A stretch of DNA of 64,000 nt from positions 2,259 to 66,258 of the forward strand of contig QHYA01000061.1 in assembly GCA_003223995.1 (NCBI GenBank), given 5' to 3'. Origin of the DNA: Acidobacteriota bacterium (lineage in GTDB: Bacteria; Acidobacteriota; Polarisedimenticolia; QHYA01). The translations under genes and the position numbers were made by a program. Under the pieces are notes generated by a model. The model ran no database searches. It saw nothing but the letters and a program-made list of their open reading frames with translations, and was not told where the DNA came from. Position 1 is the stretch's first letter; every line of letters starts with the position of its first letter. This document shows, piece after piece, positions 1 through 10,628 of the stretch.

Positions 1-372
1 GCCGTAGGCCTCCGCCGCTCGCTTCACGTTCCGCTCGATCAGATTGTCTCCGAGCACGACGCAGATCTTCCCACCGTCGGCGAAGTATTCCGCGAGTGAA
101 AGGGCCGCCGCGATGCCCCCTTCCCCTTCCTGATACGTGTAGTTGATGTGCTCGAGCCCGAACTCCTTTCCGTTCCCGAGCAGTCGCAGGAAGTCCCCCG
201 CGCTGGTCCCTCCGGTGACGATGAGAATGTCGCGGATGCCGACGTTGATCAGCGTCTGGATCGGATAGTAGATCATCGGCCTGTCATAGACAGGCAGAAG
301 GTGCTTGTTGGTGATCTTCGTCAGCGGATGGAGACGGGTCCCCAGCCCGCCTGCCAGAACGACCCCTTTCAT
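1..372 (-). CDS. rmlA: glucose-1-phosphate thymidylyltransferase (RmlA/RfbA-like sugar nucleotidyltransferase), N-terminal 124 aa only; C-terminus lies beyond the window start
   Basis: Reverse translation from ATG at 372 gives MKGVVLAGGLGTRLHPLTKITNKHLLPVYDRPMIYYPIQTLINVGIRDILIVTGG..., near-identical in pattern to E. coli RmlA N-terminus (GxGTRLxPxT nucleotide-binding motif). Not in the ORF track because the stop lies outside the window. Confidence 0.85.
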   Translation of the reverse strand, partial: MKGVVLAGGLGTRLHPLTKITNKHLLPVYDRPMIYYPIQTLINVGIRDILIVTGGTSAGDFLRLLGNGKEFGLEHINYTYQEGEGGIAAALSLAEYFADGGKICVVLGDNLIERNVKRAAEAYG

Positions 373-440
373 GGAAAGAGGATTATTCGGGGGGGAACGA
401 ACTGTGTCAAGATTGCCGCATTCTTGCGGGAGGCGCGCGG

Positions 441-1523
<1,083 letters not shown>

Positions 1524-1554
1524 GACGGAAGGCCTCGAGCTTGCCTCGGTGCTA

Positions 1555-2205
1555 TCAGCGCCTCACCGCGAGCGTGATGCGGCTGGTCTGGGGGAACTCC
1601 TTTCTCGGATCGTCCACGATCAGGAACGACAAGTTGCTCATTCCAACCCCCCACCGGAAGTGGCCCGCCAGGGCAGGGAAGATCCCGCCGCGGGGCGAAG
1701 AGCTGTCCTGATAGAGGAGGGAAGGAGAATGGCCCGGCGCGGCGATCTTCACCGCGCCCCCTTCTCCGTAAACGAAGTACGAGCCATCCGGCGCCCAGCA
1801 AGGTCCTGACAGCCGGTACACCCGATCCACCTTTTTCCTGCCGGCGCCATTGGCATCTTCGAGCTCGATGGTCGTCCAGTCGACCCCATCTTCCCCCGCC
1901 GAGGGGGTGACGACCAGCCTCCAGCTCCCTTCGGGGGAACCCAGCGCGCAGACCTGTTTCTTCGCGGCTTCCTCGGGGCTCGCGGCAGCGATGTCCTGTC
2001 CGGCGATGCGCAGTTCGTAGGGCGGCAGGACAGGAGCGGCTGGGGCGGAGGCGGCAGGAGACGGGGAGCCAGCGGCCGGGGCGGGCGCAGCGGGAGCCGT
2101 GGAGGTTGTGCCTGGTGAAGCGATCAGCGGCGCAACCACCAGGAAGGCAGCTGCCACAGCGAGGGGAACGATCCGGTTGATGCCGCGGCGTTCGATTCTC
2201 ATCAT
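1555..2205 (-). CDS. hypothetical secreted protein (signal peptide, Ala/Pro-rich linker, beta-rich C-terminal domain)
   Basis: ORF 1555..2235; probable start MMRIERRGINRIVPLAVAAAFLVVAPLIASP at 2205, preceded by a GAGGAG RBS; hydrophobic signal then low-complexity APAAPAPAAGSPSPAASAPAAP linker. Confidence 0.5.
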   Translation of the reverse strand: MMRIERRGINRIVPLAVAAAFLVVAPLIASPGTTSTAPAAPAPAAGSPSPAASAPAAPVLPPYELRIAGQDIAAASPEEAAKKQVCALGSPEGSWRLVVTPSAGEDGVDWTTIELEDANGAGRKKVDRVYRLSGPCWAPDGSYFVYGEGGAVKIAAPGHSPSLLYQDSSSPRGGIFPALAGHFRWGVGMSNLSFLIVDDPRKEFPQTSRITLAVRR

Positions 2206-2231
2206 TCTCTTTCTCCTCTTTCTCCCGAGTT

Positions 2232-3662
2232 TCACTCGTATTGGTTGCCAGGCTCCCGGGCGGCCAGCGATCGGAGTGCGGCGATCAGTCCATTTTGCTG
2301 CTCCGGCAGCACGGTGCGCGGATCGATCAGCAGCCTCCCCTCGTGCAAGCGCCCCACGACGGGCGGCTCCCCGCTCCGCAATCTCTCATCCAGCTCTGCG
2401 GCGCTGAGGGTCTGCGACGACACCGACAGCAACCGCGTGGGGATCTCCGTCAAGGGCGCTGACCCCCCTCCCGTCAATGACGCCCCATCGACCACCTCGA
2501 TGCGCAGCAAACTCCCCGCCTCCTTCCGCACGCTGCGGGCAATGCGGAGCGCCCGTCGCCCCACCGATTCGGCAGGTTCGAAGAGCATCCGCAGCAGGGG
2601 GATTTCCTGAACGGCCCTTCCCGAGGCGTAACTCTGCAGGACCCACTCCAGCGCCGCGATCGCCATCTTGTCGAGCCGGAGCGCCCGAGACAGAGGGTTC
2701 TGGGCGCACTGCTTGACCATCTCCGGAGCACCGACGATCAGGCCGGCTTGCGGCCCTCCGAGCATCTTGTCTCCGCTGAAGAGAACGAGGTCGGCTCCGG
2801 CGGCAAGCAAAGCGCCGGCGGGAGGTTCCTCCGGCATGCCGAGCGCAGCGACATCCACCAGGCTGCCGCTTCCCTGGTCCACGACGACCGGAACTCCCTT
2901 TTGCCGGCCCAGACCGACGAGGTCCTCCAGAGCCGCGGAGGCGGTGAACCCCACGATGCGGTAGTTGCTCGTGTGAACCTTGAGGATCATTGCGGTCGAG
3001 GGGCCAAGCGCCTTCTCGTAGTCGGCCAGGCGGGTGCGGTTGGTCGTTCCCACCTCTCGGAGGATCGCACCACTGCGGGCCAGGATGTCGGGGATCCTGA
3101 ACGAGCCGCCGATCTCGATCAGCTCTCCTCGCGAGATCAGGACCTCTCGTCCCTGGGCGAAAGTGTTCAGTACCAGAAGCAGCGCCGCCGCATTGTTGTT
3201 GACGGCGTGCAGGAGGCATCCCGGAAACAGCCGCGCGGCGCTGTGCGCAAGGTGGTCCCCGCGGGAGCCGCGCCGGCCCGCCGCAATGTCGTACTCCAGA
3301 CTCGCGTACTGGCCGCTTGCGGCCACGACCCGCTCCAGGGCGCCGCGCGCCAGGGGCGCGCGGCCGAGATTGGTGTGGATCAGGATCCCCGTCCCGTTGA
3401 TCACCGGGCGGAGGCTGGAGCGCGACAGAGTGGCGATCCGCGCCCGCAGCTCGTCCGGCAATCGCGCGATCCGCTCCCGCAATTGCCCCATGGACAGCAT
3501 CCCGGACAGAACGCCTCGCCTGAGATCGGACACCGCCTCGCGAACGGCTACCGCGAGGGCTTCACCGGGAAGACCGCCCCCAGCCTTCCGGACCTCTTCT
3601 CGGCGCAACAACTCGTCGATCTGGGGAAGCTCCCGCAGGACCTGCTTGGTGAACTCCGCCAT
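2232..3662 (-). CDS. selA: L-seryl-tRNA(Sec) selenium transferase (selenocysteine synthase)
   Basis: 476 aa; SelA-family PLP fold: ...INGTGILIHTNLGRAPL..., ...SGDKMLGGPQAGLIVG... (PLP-lysine region), typical SelA length and N-terminal tRNA-binding helical region. Confidence 0.88.
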   Translation of the reverse strand: MAEFTKQVLRELPQIDELLRREEVRKAGGGLPGEALAVAVREAVSDLRRGVLSGMLSMGQLRERIARLPDELRARIATLSRSSLRPVINGTGILIHTNLGRAPLARGALERVVAASGQYASLEYDIAAGRRGSRGDHLAHSAARLFPGCLLHAVNNNAAALLLVLNTFAQGREVLISRGELIEIGGSFRIPDILARSGAILREVGTTNRTRLADYEKALGPSTAMILKVHTSNYRIVGFTASAALEDLVGLGRQKGVPVVVDQGSGSLVDVAALGMPEEPPAGALLAAGADLVLFSGDKMLGGPQAGLIVGAPEMVKQCAQNPLSRALRLDKMAIAALEWVLQSYASGRAVQEIPLLRMLFEPAESVGRRALRIARSVRKEAGSLLRIEVVDGASLTGGGSAPLTEIPTRLLSVSSQTLSAAELDERLRSGEPPVVGRLHEGRLLIDPRTVLPEQQNGLIAALRSLAAREPGNQYE

Positions 3663-3884
3663 CTCGCTGCTCCTGATGACCGAGCGCTCCCCCCACGCCC
3701 CGCCAGCCCTGCCGATGTGCGGTTATTCAACCACGCGGCCTCGCGGCCGTCAAATCACCCTCAATTCGACCGAGCGTTGCCGGGCCCGTCCAATGGTTCT
3801 ATATTTACGCTTCAATCCGTACTGGTGGGGGGAACCCGGGCAGGCAGGCGAGACGCCCGGCGCTGCCGCGGCCATGGGGAGCAG

Positions 3885-4565
3885 ATGGAGATCGAAGAGG
3901 CCATTGCCCAACTGAACCAGGGGATCAGGCGCCTGAAGGTGCAGTACGACACCTTTTTCGCCGGCGGGCGCCCCCGTCCTCCTGTGGAGCTAAGGGCGGA
4001 GCTGGAAAGGCTGATCAGGCGGTTCGCCAACAGTCCGATCCGCCGCTACTCCGATCGATTTCACTTCAACTCGCTCGTCGGCCGCTACAACTCCTTCGTC
4101 GAGTTATGGAACAAGCAGACCCGCGCAATTGAGGAAGGGCGAGACCCCTCTACGCATCGACCCATCCCCTCGACGGCGCCGAAGCCGGCCGTGCCCGCCG
4201 ATGTGCCGGCGGAGCGGGTCCTCTGCTCCCTGCGGATCTCGAATCCTGTGACGGAGACCGACGGCCTGCGAGTCCTCTTCGAGCAGTACCTCACCGCTCG
4301 GCAGCAGCGGGACGGGGTTGCCCCGAAACTGTCGATCGAATCCTTCGTCCGGCAGATCTCCCGTCAGGTGGAATCCCTCAAAGCCTCGACGGGCTGCAGC
4401 ACGGTCGAGTTCCGACTTACAAATCTGGAATCTCAGGTAACTATCAAGGCCCGTCCCGCCGCTGGCAGCGGCCCGTCCTCTCGTCCCGGAGAGCCCGACG
4501 AAGAGACCCAGAGCAGGCAGGACGAAGACACCCAGAGCACTCAGATGGAAGGAGCCGTCTCATGA
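3885..4565 (+). CDS. conserved hypothetical protein
   Basis: 3' part of the 605-aa ORF 2748..4565 (the 5' part is antisense to selA). In-frame ATG at 3885 (MEIEEAIAQLNQGIRRLKVQYDTFFAG...); stop TGA overlaps the ATG of the next gene (ATGA at 4562), suggesting an operon. Confidence 0.5.
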   Translation: MEIEEAIAQLNQGIRRLKVQYDTFFAGGRPRPPVELRAELERLIRRFANSPIRRYSDRFHFNSLVGRYNSFVELWNKQTRAIEEGRDPSTHRPIPSTAPKPAVPADVPAERVLCSLRISNPVTETDGLRVLFEQYLTARQQRDGVAPKLSIESFVRQISRQVESLKASTGCSTVEFRLTNLESQVTIKARPAAGSGPSSRPGEPDEETQSRQDEDTQSTQMEGAVS

Positions 4566-5212
4566 AGGTCCCGTTCCACATCGCGCTCGCCGGCATCACG
4601 CTTTTCGCAGCGTCCACATCGGCCTGGTCGCGAGGATCGTCGGAGTCGAAACGGCTTTCATCGATGCTGAGCCGCGACCCCGTGATCTCCTCCCTCAACC
4701 AGCAGATCGCCGCGGATCCGAATAACGCGTGCCTGAGCAACGAGCTGGGCCTGGCCCTCTCGCGGCGCGCCTACTTCAGGGAAGCCGAGCAGGCGTTCCA
4801 GGCCTCGCTGAAGCTCGCCGAGGATCCGGTCGTTTACAACAACCTCGGGAGCCTGTACCTCACGACGGGGCGGCTATCGGCCGCGGCGGCGAGCTTCAAT
4901 CACGCGATCCGGCTCGATCCGAACTTCGCCCTTGCCTACTACAACCTGGGAGCCGCGAACGACGCCGAGAACAACTATGAAGGCGCCGTGAGAAACTACA
5001 AGCGGGCACTCGAGTTGGATTCCACGCTGGCCGATCCGAACGTCAACCCGCAGGTGATCAACAACAGGTACATGGCGGCGGTCAGAACGGAGCGTTATCT
5101 GGAGACCATCGGGGCGCTTGGGCTTCCTCTGCGCTCCACGTGTCCGGCGGCCGAAACAAAGGTCGCTTCGGGCTCCGGACCCGTCGCGCCCACCGAGCTG
5201 TCCAAGAAGTAG
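4562..5212 (+). CDS. secreted TPR-repeat protein
   Basis: Signal peptide MKVPFHIALAGITLFAASTSAWS; three or more TPR units (AYFREAEQAFQASLKL, VYNNLGSLYLTTGRLSAAAASFNHAIRLDPNFALAYYNLGAANDAENNYEGAVRNYKRALELD). Confidence 0.65.
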   Translation: MKVPFHIALAGITLFAASTSAWSRGSSESKRLSSMLSRDPVISSLNQQIAADPNNACLSNELGLALSRRAYFREAEQAFQASLKLAEDPVVYNNLGSLYLTTGRLSAAAASFNHAIRLDPNFALAYYNLGAANDAENNYEGAVRNYKRALELDSTLADPNVNPQVINNRYMAAVRTERYLETIGALGLPLRSTCPAAETKVASGSGPVAPTELSKK

Positions 5213-5288
5213 GACGTTGAGGTAGCTCGTTCGTCCACCTTCCAACTCCTCCTCCGCCGGGGCGGCCGGAAACGCTCCATCTGCTCGA

Positions 5289-5318
5289 TTGACAAGCCTC
5301 GGACGGCCCACCTAAGAT
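5289..5318 (+). promoter_or_regulatory. sigma-70-like promoter (-35 TTGACA 5289-5294, 18-nt spacer, -10 TAAGAT 5313-5318) immediately upstream of the ATG at 5325; predicts a leaderless or near-leaderless mRNA
   Basis: Sequence ttgacaagcctcggacggcccacctaagatcccgcgATG; consensus -35 hexamer, 4/6 match at -10; ATG begins 7 nt after the -10. Confidence 0.35.
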
Positions 5319-5324
5319 CCCGCG

Positions 5325-6119
5325 ATGAGGCTGTTTGGCTGCGGGCTCGTAGCCTTGGCTCTTGCTGTGGGGCTGCCGCCGGGACGAATATTCGCCTGGA
5401 CGACACCAACGCGGATCCGGATGGCCGATGACGCGGTGAGGATTTCCTCACCCGCTTTTGCGCGGCTCCTCTACAGGCATCTCGACGAATACCACAGAGG
5501 CGTCGCTGAAGAAGCGGACAGCCAGATCGAGGCCGGCCGTGATCTTTCCACGGGGCCGCACGGAAGAAGGCGGGAGGCGGCGGAACAATTGTCGAAGCTG
5601 GTCAGTCAGACGATCGAGGGCCTCTCGAATCACGAACCGATGCGTGAGATCTGCTACAGGGCAGGGCGGATCTGCCGCCTCGTCGCGGACCTGAACCATC
5701 CCATCCACACCGGCTCGACTCCGGGGGAAGCGGAGCTGCGCTCGGCGGTGTACTACGACGATTTCGCTCGGTACGCGGAAGGAGTCGCCGCTCGCGCGCC
5801 TCTGGTCTTTTATGGCTGGCGGGACGACCTGCGGACCGTGAAGGATGTCGCTCCCTTCGCGCTCGAGATCGCCTCGAGGTCCGAGCGCGATGCCGAGGGT
5901 CTCTACCGGGCTTACCATTCCCGCGGCGCGAAAGTCACATCGAGCGACTTCGACGACCGCTCCATCCCCTTCGCGGTCGCTTCCCTATCGTACTCGCGGA
6001 CGGTGAGCGACACCGCCAACCTCTGGCTCCTCGTCTGGAGCCGGGTCGGCGGCGACCTTCGCGGAACGCCCTATCTCGGCGGCGCTTCCTCCAGAAGGCC
6101 AGGCAGAGCGAGAGGCTAG
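5325..6119 (+). CDS. hypothetical secreted protein (weak resemblance to Zn-dependent phospholipase C / S1-P1 nuclease-like helical fold)
   Basis: 264 aa; N-terminal signal MRLFGCGLVALALAVGLPPGRIFA; conserved-looking His/Asp positions (YRHLDEYHRG, ADLNHPIHT). The family assignment is weak. Confidence 0.5.
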   Translation: MRLFGCGLVALALAVGLPPGRIFAWTTPTRIRMADDAVRISSPAFARLLYRHLDEYHRGVAEEADSQIEAGRDLSTGPHGRRREAAEQLSKLVSQTIEGLSNHEPMREICYRAGRICRLVADLNHPIHTGSTPGEAELRSAVYYDDFARYAEGVAARAPLVFYGWRDDLRTVKDVAPFALEIASRSERDAEGLYRAYHSRGAKVTSSDFDDRSIPFAVASLSYSRTVSDTANLWLLVWSRVGGDLRGTPYLGGASSRRPGRARG

Positions 6120-6122
6120 CGG

Positions 6123-7676
6123 ATGGCCGCCGTTGTCCCCAGGAGCGTTGCGCGTTCGGCGGGCGCGCGGAGCGGTCGAAAGCGCACGGCCCGCGACCAG
6201 GTCCATCCGCCGCTGCAGGTCAACCGAGCCCTGCTGAGTGTCTACGACAAGGACGGCGCCGTCGAGCTGGCCCGCGGCCTCTCCGAGCTGGGCGTCGAAG
6301 TCCTCTCGACGGGCGGCACGGCGCGGCTCCTGATCGACAACGGAATCCCCGTGGTCCGAATCACGGATTACACGCAGTTCCCCGAGATGCTCGACGGGCG
6401 GGTGAAGACCCTTCACCCCAAGATCCATGCGGGCATCATGGCCGTCCGTGACAACCGCAAGCACATGGCGCAGGTGCGCCGCGCGGGCATCCCGCCGATC
6501 GACCTGGTCGTCGTGAACCTCTATCCCTTCGAGAAGACGACAGCGATGGAAGGAATCGGCTTTAATGAGATCGTCGAGATGATCGATATAGGCGGTCCCA
6601 CGCTCGTTCGGGCCGCTGCGAAGAACTTCCGCGACGTCGGTGTCGTCGTCGATCCGGCCGACTACAGCGAGATCCTCTCCATGCTGCGGCAGTACGGGCG
6701 GCTCACAGAAGAGCGCCGCTTCGAGCTGGCCAAGAAGGCCTTCCAGCACATCGCTTCCTACGACACCTCCATCTTCACGTATTTCTCTCTACTGAACCCC
6801 GACGGCAGCCTCAAGACCGCCACGCGTGAGTCGCCCTTCCCGACCCGCCTCTCGCTCGATTTCTTCAAGGATCTATCGTTCAACAATCTCCTCGACCTCG
6901 ACGCGGCGTTCCGCATCGCCTGCGAGTTCGACAGGCCTGCCTGCGCCGCCGTGAAGCACACGAACCCTTGCGGGGTCGGATTGGGCCGCACGGCGTCGGA
7001 GGCGTTCCTGCGCGCCCGCGAGGCCGATCCCGTCTCCCTCTACGGCGGCATTACGGGGTTCAACGTCGAAGTGGATCTCGCATGCGCCCAGGCGATGAGG
7101 GAGGTCTTCCTCGAGGGGATCATCGCTCCCGACTACTCCGCGGCGGCCCTGGAGCTGCTACGGACGCGGAAGAACTTGAGGTTGCTGCGGACAGGCTCGG
7201 TCCGGAAAGACGCTCCGGGTGGAAACGACCTGAGACGCGTCGAGGGCGGGCTGCTGGTGCAGGAGTGGGACAGCCAGGATATCGACCCGCATCGGGGGAA
7301 GGTCGTGACCCGCCGCCTCCCCACACCTCCCGAGATGGAAGCTCTCCGGGTCGCCTGGAACGTCGTCCGGCACGTGCGGTCGAATGCGATCGTATACGCG
7401 AACGCCGACAGAACCCTCGGCATTGGGGCGGGCCAGATGAGCCGTGTCGATTCCGTTCGGTTCGGCGCCCTGAAAGCGACCGGCCCGCTCGAGGGAGCAG
7501 TGCTCGCCTCCGACGCTTTCCTCCCTTTCAGGGATTCCGTGGACATCGCCGCGGAGGCCGGAGTGGGCGCCATCGTGCAGCCGGGAGGGTCGATCCGTGA
7601 TCCTGAGGTCATCGCCGCCGCGGATGAGCATGGCATGGCGATGGTCTTCACCGGCTTGCGGCACTTCAAGCACTGA
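6123..7676 (+). CDS. purH: bifunctional AICAR formyltransferase / IMP cyclohydrolase
   Basis: 517 aa; MGS-like N-domain (RALLSVYDKDGAVELARGLSELGVEVLSTGGTARLL), conserved KTLHPKIHAGI and AICARFT domain; ends ...FTGLRHFKH. The true start may be ~35 codons downstream of the listed ATG (N-terminal extension SVARSAGARSGRKRTARDQVHPP). Confidence 0.9.
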   Translation: MAAVVPRSVARSAGARSGRKRTARDQVHPPLQVNRALLSVYDKDGAVELARGLSELGVEVLSTGGTARLLIDNGIPVVRITDYTQFPEMLDGRVKTLHPKIHAGIMAVRDNRKHMAQVRRAGIPPIDLVVVNLYPFEKTTAMEGIGFNEIVEMIDIGGPTLVRAAAKNFRDVGVVVDPADYSEILSMLRQYGRLTEERRFELAKKAFQHIASYDTSIFTYFSLLNPDGSLKTATRESPFPTRLSLDFFKDLSFNNLLDLDAAFRIACEFDRPACAAVKHTNPCGVGLGRTASEAFLRAREADPVSLYGGITGFNVEVDLACAQAMREVFLEGIIAPDYSAAALELLRTRKNLRLLRTGSVRKDAPGGNDLRRVEGGLLVQEWDSQDIDPHRGKVVTRRLPTPPEMEALRVAWNVVRHVRSNAIVYANADRTLGIGAGQMSRVDSVRFGALKATGPLEGAVLASDAFLPFRDSVDIAAEAGVGAIVQPGGSIRDPEVIAAADEHGMAMVFTGLRHFKH

Positions 7677-7777
7677 ATCTCGCCGCTCACGCCGCCGGCC
7701 ATGTTGCAAGATGGGGCTCCCCCTCCGGCCGAGCAGCCCGCTCAGGCGCCGAGGAGGGGCGGCTGCAGGCCCGCTCC

Positions 7778-8392
7778 TCACCAGGTGACCGGACGCCTAG
7801 GAGCCACTTCTCCGGCTTCGAGCTGGTTGTCCCCGAACCCCCCGATGCCGTGCGGTCCAATCACCGCCACCACGCCGGAGGAAGCATACTCGGGAACCCT
7901 GAAGCTGAACTGCGTAAGGCTGCAGCCCGCGAGCACGGCGGTCTGGCCACCTTCGAAGACAGGTCTGATCCGGTCACAATCATTGCTGAACCCCACACCA
8001 CGAACGGTGACGACGTCTCCCTCGCGCGCGCCGCGAGGGGCTGCGCTGAAGATCTCGGGCCGGGCATTGCGGTCGTAGACCTGGTAGTAGTAACGCCCGT
8101 GGTCGCGCAGGGCGCCCCGGTCCGTGAACTCCGACACTTCCGTATCGAGCGACAGGTATCTTACGGAGCGACTCTTCCCAAAGCTTCGCGACTCGGCTCG
8201 GACGATGATGAAGGGGGGCGTGCCCCCCGCCCACCGCAGCGCCACGTCGCCGGATTGCTCATCCGCATGCACGAGTAGGCCATGGATCGCGGGGGGATGA
8301 GAGGCCGGATTCTCCTTGGCCGCGTCGGGGGCCGTCAACCCTGCCACAGCAATGGCAGCCCCGATCGCCGATGCGCTGGCCTTGCCAATCAT
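7778..8392 (-). CDS. hypothetical secreted protein with IPT/TIG-like beta domain
   Basis: ORF 7778..8440; likely start MIGKASASAIGAAIAVAGLTAP (signal peptide) at 8392; C-terminal ...DVVTVRGVGFS... Ig-like segment. Confidence 0.45.
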   Translation of the reverse strand: MIGKASASAIGAAIAVAGLTAPDAAKENPASHPPAIHGLLVHADEQSGDVALRWAGGTPPFIIVRAESRSFGKSRSVRYLSLDTEVSEFTDRGALRDHGRYYYQVYDRNARPEIFSAAPRGAREGDVVTVRGVGFSNDCDRIRPVFEGGQTAVLAGCSLTQFSFRVPEYASSGVVAVIGPHGIGGFGDNQLEAGEVAPRRPVTW

Positions 8393-8519
8393 GCTCTCGC
8401 TGCCGGGATCAGGATCAAGCCGTTCGCCTCCCCTCCCCATTGGCGGGTGGCTTCCTCACGTAGCGCCGTGGCTCTGCTTCTCCGCTGCCGCGAAGACAGG
8501 CGAATGGGGTGGGTGCCGA

Positions 8520-10538
8520 TCAGCGGGCGTCGATTGTCCGGGGAACGAGGGAGTTGGCGAAGTGAATGTAGGCGGCGTCCTTCTGGCGATCGGCGTAGGA
8601 TTCCGCCATCTTCTTCGCGTCGGCCGCTCTGGCGTCGCCGGGGCTGATATCGAGAACTTCCCGGAAGTCGTTGATCGCGGCGCGCGTGTCGCTCGCCTGG
8701 AGCGCATCCACGCCCATGTTGTACCAGGCGTTTCGCTTGTAGCGCTCGACCTCCCCCTTCTGGAGGCTTTCGGGCAGGCGGTACAGAATGCGCAGTGTAT
8801 CTTCGTACCGCTTGTCCTGGAACGCCCGGGTCGCCTCGTCCATCTCCTTGCGCAAGCGCTGCTCCTTGTCCAGCCGCTCGACAGTCTGATGGAGGAGATC
8901 GCGGGCTTCGGCGTTGTTCGGGTCCGCCGCGACGGCCGCCCGCAGATCCTCCGCCGCCTCAGCGGTCCGGCCCGATTGGAAGGCCTTGCGGCCTTCTCGC
9001 ACCAGCTCTCCGGGGCTCAGCTCCTGGAGGGAGGCCCTCTTGGCGGCAGCGGAAGCGGCAGCCGCCTGCTGGCCAGGAGAGGACCCGGGATCGGGCTTCC
9101 GGGTATGGAGCCGCTGAGGCCGGCCGGGCATGGTCCCTGGTGAACGCTGCGGGGCGACAGAGGGGTTGGAGACCTTCCAGTAGGCGAAACCAGCCGCCGC
9201 CAGGGATGTGAGAACGAGAAAGCTGATGAGAAACACAAGGCGGCTCAGGGAAATTTTTTGATGACCGAAACGCTGGGTCACCGACCTGGAGTGGAGGGGG
9301 TTGGTGACGGCAGTGGTCTTTCCCCTCTCCAGTCCGATGGGACGCAAGCTCTCGTGCGGTTCCTGCCCTCCCTCTTGCCGTTCCCCGCTCGCCCTTGTGG
9401 CGAGAAGAGGCGGGCTGTCAGCCCCGCTCATTGTTGCGAGGTCCGAGCCCGCCTCCGCCCGTTGGCGGTCTCTCGTCGCGCGCTCGAGCAGCTCCTGAGC
9501 CTCCCTGTGGTCCGGGCGAAGGGCGAGCACCCGCCGGAGGAACTCCTCCGCCTCCTCCGGCTTCTCACGGTCCAGGCAGTGGTGGACCTGATCCATCAGG
9601 TCCTCGATCTCCATGGCCTGCCGCTCGACCTCCCCGCGCGCCCTTTCTAAGAGCTGCGAAGCTTCATCGCTGTCCGGGTCGAGCGCCAGGGCGCGCGATA
9701 CGGTGCCGACGGCGCTGTCGAGCTTTCCATCCGACAGATCTTTCCGGGCCGACTCCAGGAGCTCCTTGATCTCCTTCCGCGCAGGGACCGACGTTGCCTG
9801 CTCGCCTTCCGCGTGGAATTCGAAATCCTCTGGAATCGCATGATCCGAGGCTGCATGCGCAGGTCCGTCCGCGTCCGGGTCAGCATCGGTCCCAGGCGGG
9901 CCGCCGGGATGGCCGGCAGGCGTGGATGAGCTCGGCACTCCGGTTTCCGTCCCCCCCTTGCCGAAATCCATCGAGCTGAGGGACAGATCGAGATCCTCCT
10001 CGTTCTGCTGGAACTCGAAGAGCCCCCCCGAGACGGACTCTTCGGCGCGAGGCAGAGGCTGGAGGACGCTCGTGGGATCGTCATGCGGCTCTTCGCGATC
10101 CTCCAGGATGAATCCCAAGGATTCGTTCTGGGCATCCGGAGACACGACCGCTGCGGCGGGAGCCTGCTGGTCCTCGATCTGACTCAGCAGGTCCAGAGCC
10201 TCCCTGTTCCGATCATCCAGCGCGAGCACCTTGCGGCATGCGGCGCCGGCCTGCATGGTCATTCCCTTGTCCATCAATTGGCGCGATAGTGTGATCTGCT
10301 CGCGGATGAACTGGTCCGAGCCTGCCTTCGCGGTGCTGTCGGGGGAGCTCTGGTCCGCCGATGCAGACCCGGTCTTCGCGAGGATGGAAGCCTGGCGGTG
10401 GCCTTCGAGTGCTTCCGGATCGGATGGTGAAAGCTTGAGCGCCTCCTCCCAGAGACGCTTCGCCCCCGCGTAGTCTCCCCCCCCACAGAGCCTGGAGGCA
10501 CGCTCCTTGAGACGCTGGCATTCCTCTGTCAGTCCCAT
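8520..10538 (-). CDS. membrane-anchored TPR-repeat protein with acidic/Pro-rich central region
   Basis: 672 aa; N-terminal TPRs; single TM segment ISLSRLVFLISFLVLTSLAAAGFAYW; C-terminal TPR block (AEARDLLHQTVERLD..., YRLPESLQKGEVERYKRNAWYNMGVDALQ). Confidence 0.7.
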   Translation of the reverse strand: MGLTEECQRLKERASRLCGGGDYAGAKRLWEEALKLSPSDPEALEGHRQASILAKTGSASADQSSPDSTAKAGSDQFIREQITLSRQLMDKGMTMQAGAACRKVLALDDRNREALDLLSQIEDQQAPAAAVVSPDAQNESLGFILEDREEPHDDPTSVLQPLPRAEESVSGGLFEFQQNEEDLDLSLSSMDFGKGGTETGVPSSSTPAGHPGGPPGTDADPDADGPAHAASDHAIPEDFEFHAEGEQATSVPARKEIKELLESARKDLSDGKLDSAVGTVSRALALDPDSDEASQLLERARGEVERQAMEIEDLMDQVHHCLDREKPEEAEEFLRRVLALRPDHREAQELLERATRDRQRAEAGSDLATMSGADSPPLLATRASGERQEGGQEPHESLRPIGLERGKTTAVTNPLHSRSVTQRFGHQKISLSRLVFLISFLVLTSLAAAGFAYWKVSNPSVAPQRSPGTMPGRPQRLHTRKPDPGSSPGQQAAAASAAAKRASLQELSPGELVREGRKAFQSGRTAEAAEDLRAAVAADPNNAEARDLLHQTVERLDKEQRLRKEMDEATRAFQDKRYEDTLRILYRLPESLQKGEVERYKRNAWYNMGVDALQASDTRAAINDFREVLDISPGDARAADAKKMAESYADRQKDAAYIHFANSLVPRTIDAR

Positions 10539-10628
10539 TGCTCCCTCACGACTGCGCTGTGTTTCCGCCGCGGCGACCTATTACATGCTGACCCAATATA
10601 GTGTCCTTGCCCTCATCCGTCTCGCGGG

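Noticed and set aside
2748-4565. 605-aa plus-strand ORF
   Set aside because: The 5' 1.1 kb is antisense to selA. Only the 3' segment from ATG 3885 was kept as a hypothetical gene
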